Positions 17,096 through 18,960 of a DNA stretch of 18,960 nucleotides are shown one piece after another; within the stretch, counting starts at the first letter, position 1, and the number at the start of each line of letters is the position of its first letter. The stretch spans positions 1 to 18,960 of the forward strand of contig JBHHXT010000089.1 of the NCBI GenBank assembly GCA_046757165.1, written 5' to 3'. The notes beneath the pieces are model-generated. The model had not been told where the DNA came from. It was given only the letters and a program-made list of their open reading frames with translations, and did not search any database. The stretch is from a bacterium. GTDB lineage: Bacteria; Zhuqueibacterota; Zhuqueibacteria; Oceanimicrobiales; Oceanimicrobiaceae. A program made the translations under genes and the position numbers.

Positions 17096-17196
17096 GACCC
17101 CCGGTCAGGAGCAGCTCAGTTTAGGAAAATACCTTTTTTGGATTTCCGGCGCAGATCCCGAGTCTTTTTCGGGGCTTGTCCGGATTAGGAGTTCAT

Positions 17197-18732
17197 ATGG
17201 TTAGGTTGGTTTTAAGATTTGGACAAAAGCTCGCGTTTGCGACACTGCTCATTTCTTTTGTGCTGAGTGGGTGTTCCACCGGAGGCAGGAGGTTGAAAAA
17301 ACGCCAGAGTAGGTTGATTGTCCCGGCTGGCGTCGATTCCACCGTGGCGATGCGCGCGGATACACTGGCGGACAATTTGTTCGTTTCCATCGGTCGGGAA
17401 CAGCGTTCAATTTCGTACAAGGCAGCGGGCAAGCGCAAAACAACCGAGAGCGACACACTGTGGCGGGCGTTGGCGAATGAGCACGACCCCGGCTATCAGG
17501 TCAGCCGACAGGACTCCATCGAAGCCATCGAGGCGTTCAATGCCGGGGCGCGCAACCTGCAGGACCTGGCGCGGGCCGAGCAGAATGCGGCTGCGCATCA
17601 GAAGGCGCAAGTCCAGCGCTTGCTGATGGCGGCCCGGAAAAATCTCGAGCGCGCAGTGATGCTCAATCCATTCGATCTGGACGCACGAAGCTGGCTGGCG
17701 CGCGTCTACCAGACCCTCGCCGCGCGGTTCTTGGATGAGAAAAATCACAAGAAGGCGATCGAGGTGCTGGAGGGGTTGACGAGAATCGAGAAAGGTGAGC
17801 ATACACTTTTCGCAAGGCTGGCAGAGGCTTACTACGGGATAGATGACTGGCAGTCGGCGTACGCCAATTTTGCGCAAGCAGAGATGGTGCTGCGCAGCGC
17901 CGCCGGCCTGGATTTCTCCGCTGAGCCCGGCGGTTTTCAGGAAACCGTGCTCGATACCTCAGCGCTTTTCTACTACGTCTACTACCAGGGCGACACACAG
18001 ATCAAATTGCACGACGCTGCGCGTGGGCTGCACAACCTGAATCGTGCTTTGATTTACGCCAGCACCGCGCAGGAGCGCGCCGACATTCAAAGCTACATCG
18101 ACTGGATCAATTGGGATGGCGGCAACACGCGCGCGGTGGAGCTGCGCGACAAATACATGGCGCTCCAGGAGGCAGGCCAATACCGCGAAGCAGCGAAAGG
18201 ATTCCTCAAGCTCATCCCCCGGCTCACGACCCGGAGCGCAATCGACGAAACAGTCTGGCGGCTCGCGGTGCTGGAGTTCCAGTTTCTCGAGCGCAGAAAC
18301 GAAGGCATCGACCGGCTGAAGCACGTGGTGCAGCAGGCGCAGACCGACGCCAACGGGGCGCCCATCGACACGACCTACCGGCGGTACTTCAACAGCTACG
18401 GCATCATGTGCCACAACCTGGGGCTGGAGAATAGCAAGAAGAATCGCAAGGTTGCGTTCATGTATTTCCAGCAGGCAGTGGCTGTTGACTGGGAGAGCCG
18501 TGCCAAGAGCCATCTGGAGATCGCCAAGCTGTCGCGTAACAATCCGAAAGCCGCGCTTAAGGCTTGCAAGGGCGCACTGGCGCGGCCAGAGCAGCTTGAT
18601 GCCACCGAACAAATGCAGGCTTATCAGCTCATGGTAGAGTCGCTCAAACGGACAGGCAGGTTCGAGGAGGCGCGGAAATATTACGCGGACTGGATGAAGA
18701 TGCGGAATGGCGACAGGAGAGTGAGCCGATGA
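17197..18732 (+). CDS. TPR-containing lipoprotein, about 511 aa
   Basis: ATG 17197 with an AGGAG RBS and lipobox VLSG-C. TPR-like helices include NLERAVMLNPFDLDARSWLARVY, LFARLAEAYY...W..A..NF and TGRFEEARKYY. Confidence 0.9.
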   Translation: MVRLVLRFGQKLAFATLLISFVLSGCSTGGRRLKKRQSRLIVPAGVDSTVAMRADTLADNLFVSIGREQRSISYKAAGKRKTTESDTLWRALANEHDPGYQVSRQDSIEAIEAFNAGARNLQDLARAEQNAAAHQKAQVQRLLMAARKNLERAVMLNPFDLDARSWLARVYQTLAARFLDEKNHKKAIEVLEGLTRIEKGEHTLFARLAEAYYGIDDWQSAYANFAQAEMVLRSAAGLDFSAEPGGFQETVLDTSALFYYVYYQGDTQIKLHDAARGLHNLNRALIYASTAQERADIQSYIDWINWDGGNTRAVELRDKYMALQEAGQYREAAKGFLKLIPRLTTRSAIDETVWRLAVLEFQFLERRNEGIDRLKHVVQQAQTDANGAPIDTTYRRYFNSYGIMCHNLGLENSKKNRKVAFMYFQQAVAVDWESRAKSHLEIAKLSRNNPKAALKACKGALARPEQLDATEQMQAYQLMVESLKRTGRFEEARKYYADWMKMRNGDRRVSR

Positions 18733-18960
18733 TGAGAAGATTCTCGAGTGGATTTAGCCTGCGAAGGCCCCAACCCGTCCTGGCCGCGCACGACCGAATC
18801 CTGAATCCGGAGAGAGGCAAGTGGACCCTTTGGGCGCTCTTTCTCATCCTTTTGACCGTCTTGACATTCGCAGGCGAAATTCTTTCACAAACCACCATTT
18901 CTGTCGACAAGATCACGGTGCCGGTCGTGACCATCGAAGACAGAGCGCTCATCGATTTCT
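18729..18960 (+). CDS. 5' part of a membrane-anchored or secreted protein, truncated by the window end
   Basis: ATGA overlap with the upstream stop codon, and the frame is open to the window end: MMRRFSSGFSLRRPQPVLAAHDRILNPERGKWTLWALFLILLTVLTFAGEILSQTTISVDKITVPVVTIEDRALIDF. It contains a hydrophobic signal/TM segment. Confidence 0.7.
   Translation, partial: MMRRFSSGFSLRRPQPVLAAHDRILNPERGKWTLWALFLILLTVLTFAGEILSQTTISVDKITVPVVTIEDRALIDF

Noticed and set aside
13968..18612. Minus-strand ORFs of 276, 286 and 217 aa
   Set aside because: They are antisense to well-supported genes and lack recognisable domains.

Overview
Bacterial window of moderate-to-high GC. The T9SS-type cargo and PorP/SprF-like gene suggest an FCB-group lineage, possibly outside the Bacteroidota, but this is inference only. 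The left part (minus strand) carries aconitase A, a large HEAT-repeat protein and a small hypothetical protein. The acnA-HEAT intergenic region holds two miniature IS-derived elements with recognisable target-site duplications, one nested inside another palindromic element. The right part (plus strand, 7332 to the window end) is one apparent operon behind a good sigma-54 promoter candidate. Its order is: TPR lipoprotein, large FG-GAP/Ig surface protein with a T9SS type-B-like C-terminal domain, PorP/SprF-like beta-barrel with a long C-terminal extension, ExbB/MotA-like protein fused to an Ig-like domain, two ExbD-like proteins, a TonB-like proline-rich protein with a non-canonical C-terminal domain, a second TPR lipoprotein, and a truncated secreted protein. 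The most interesting signal is this coupling of a T9SS type-B cargo/PorP pair to a divergent Ton/Agl-like proton motor, with no TonB-dependent receptor or Tol-Pal genes visible in the window.
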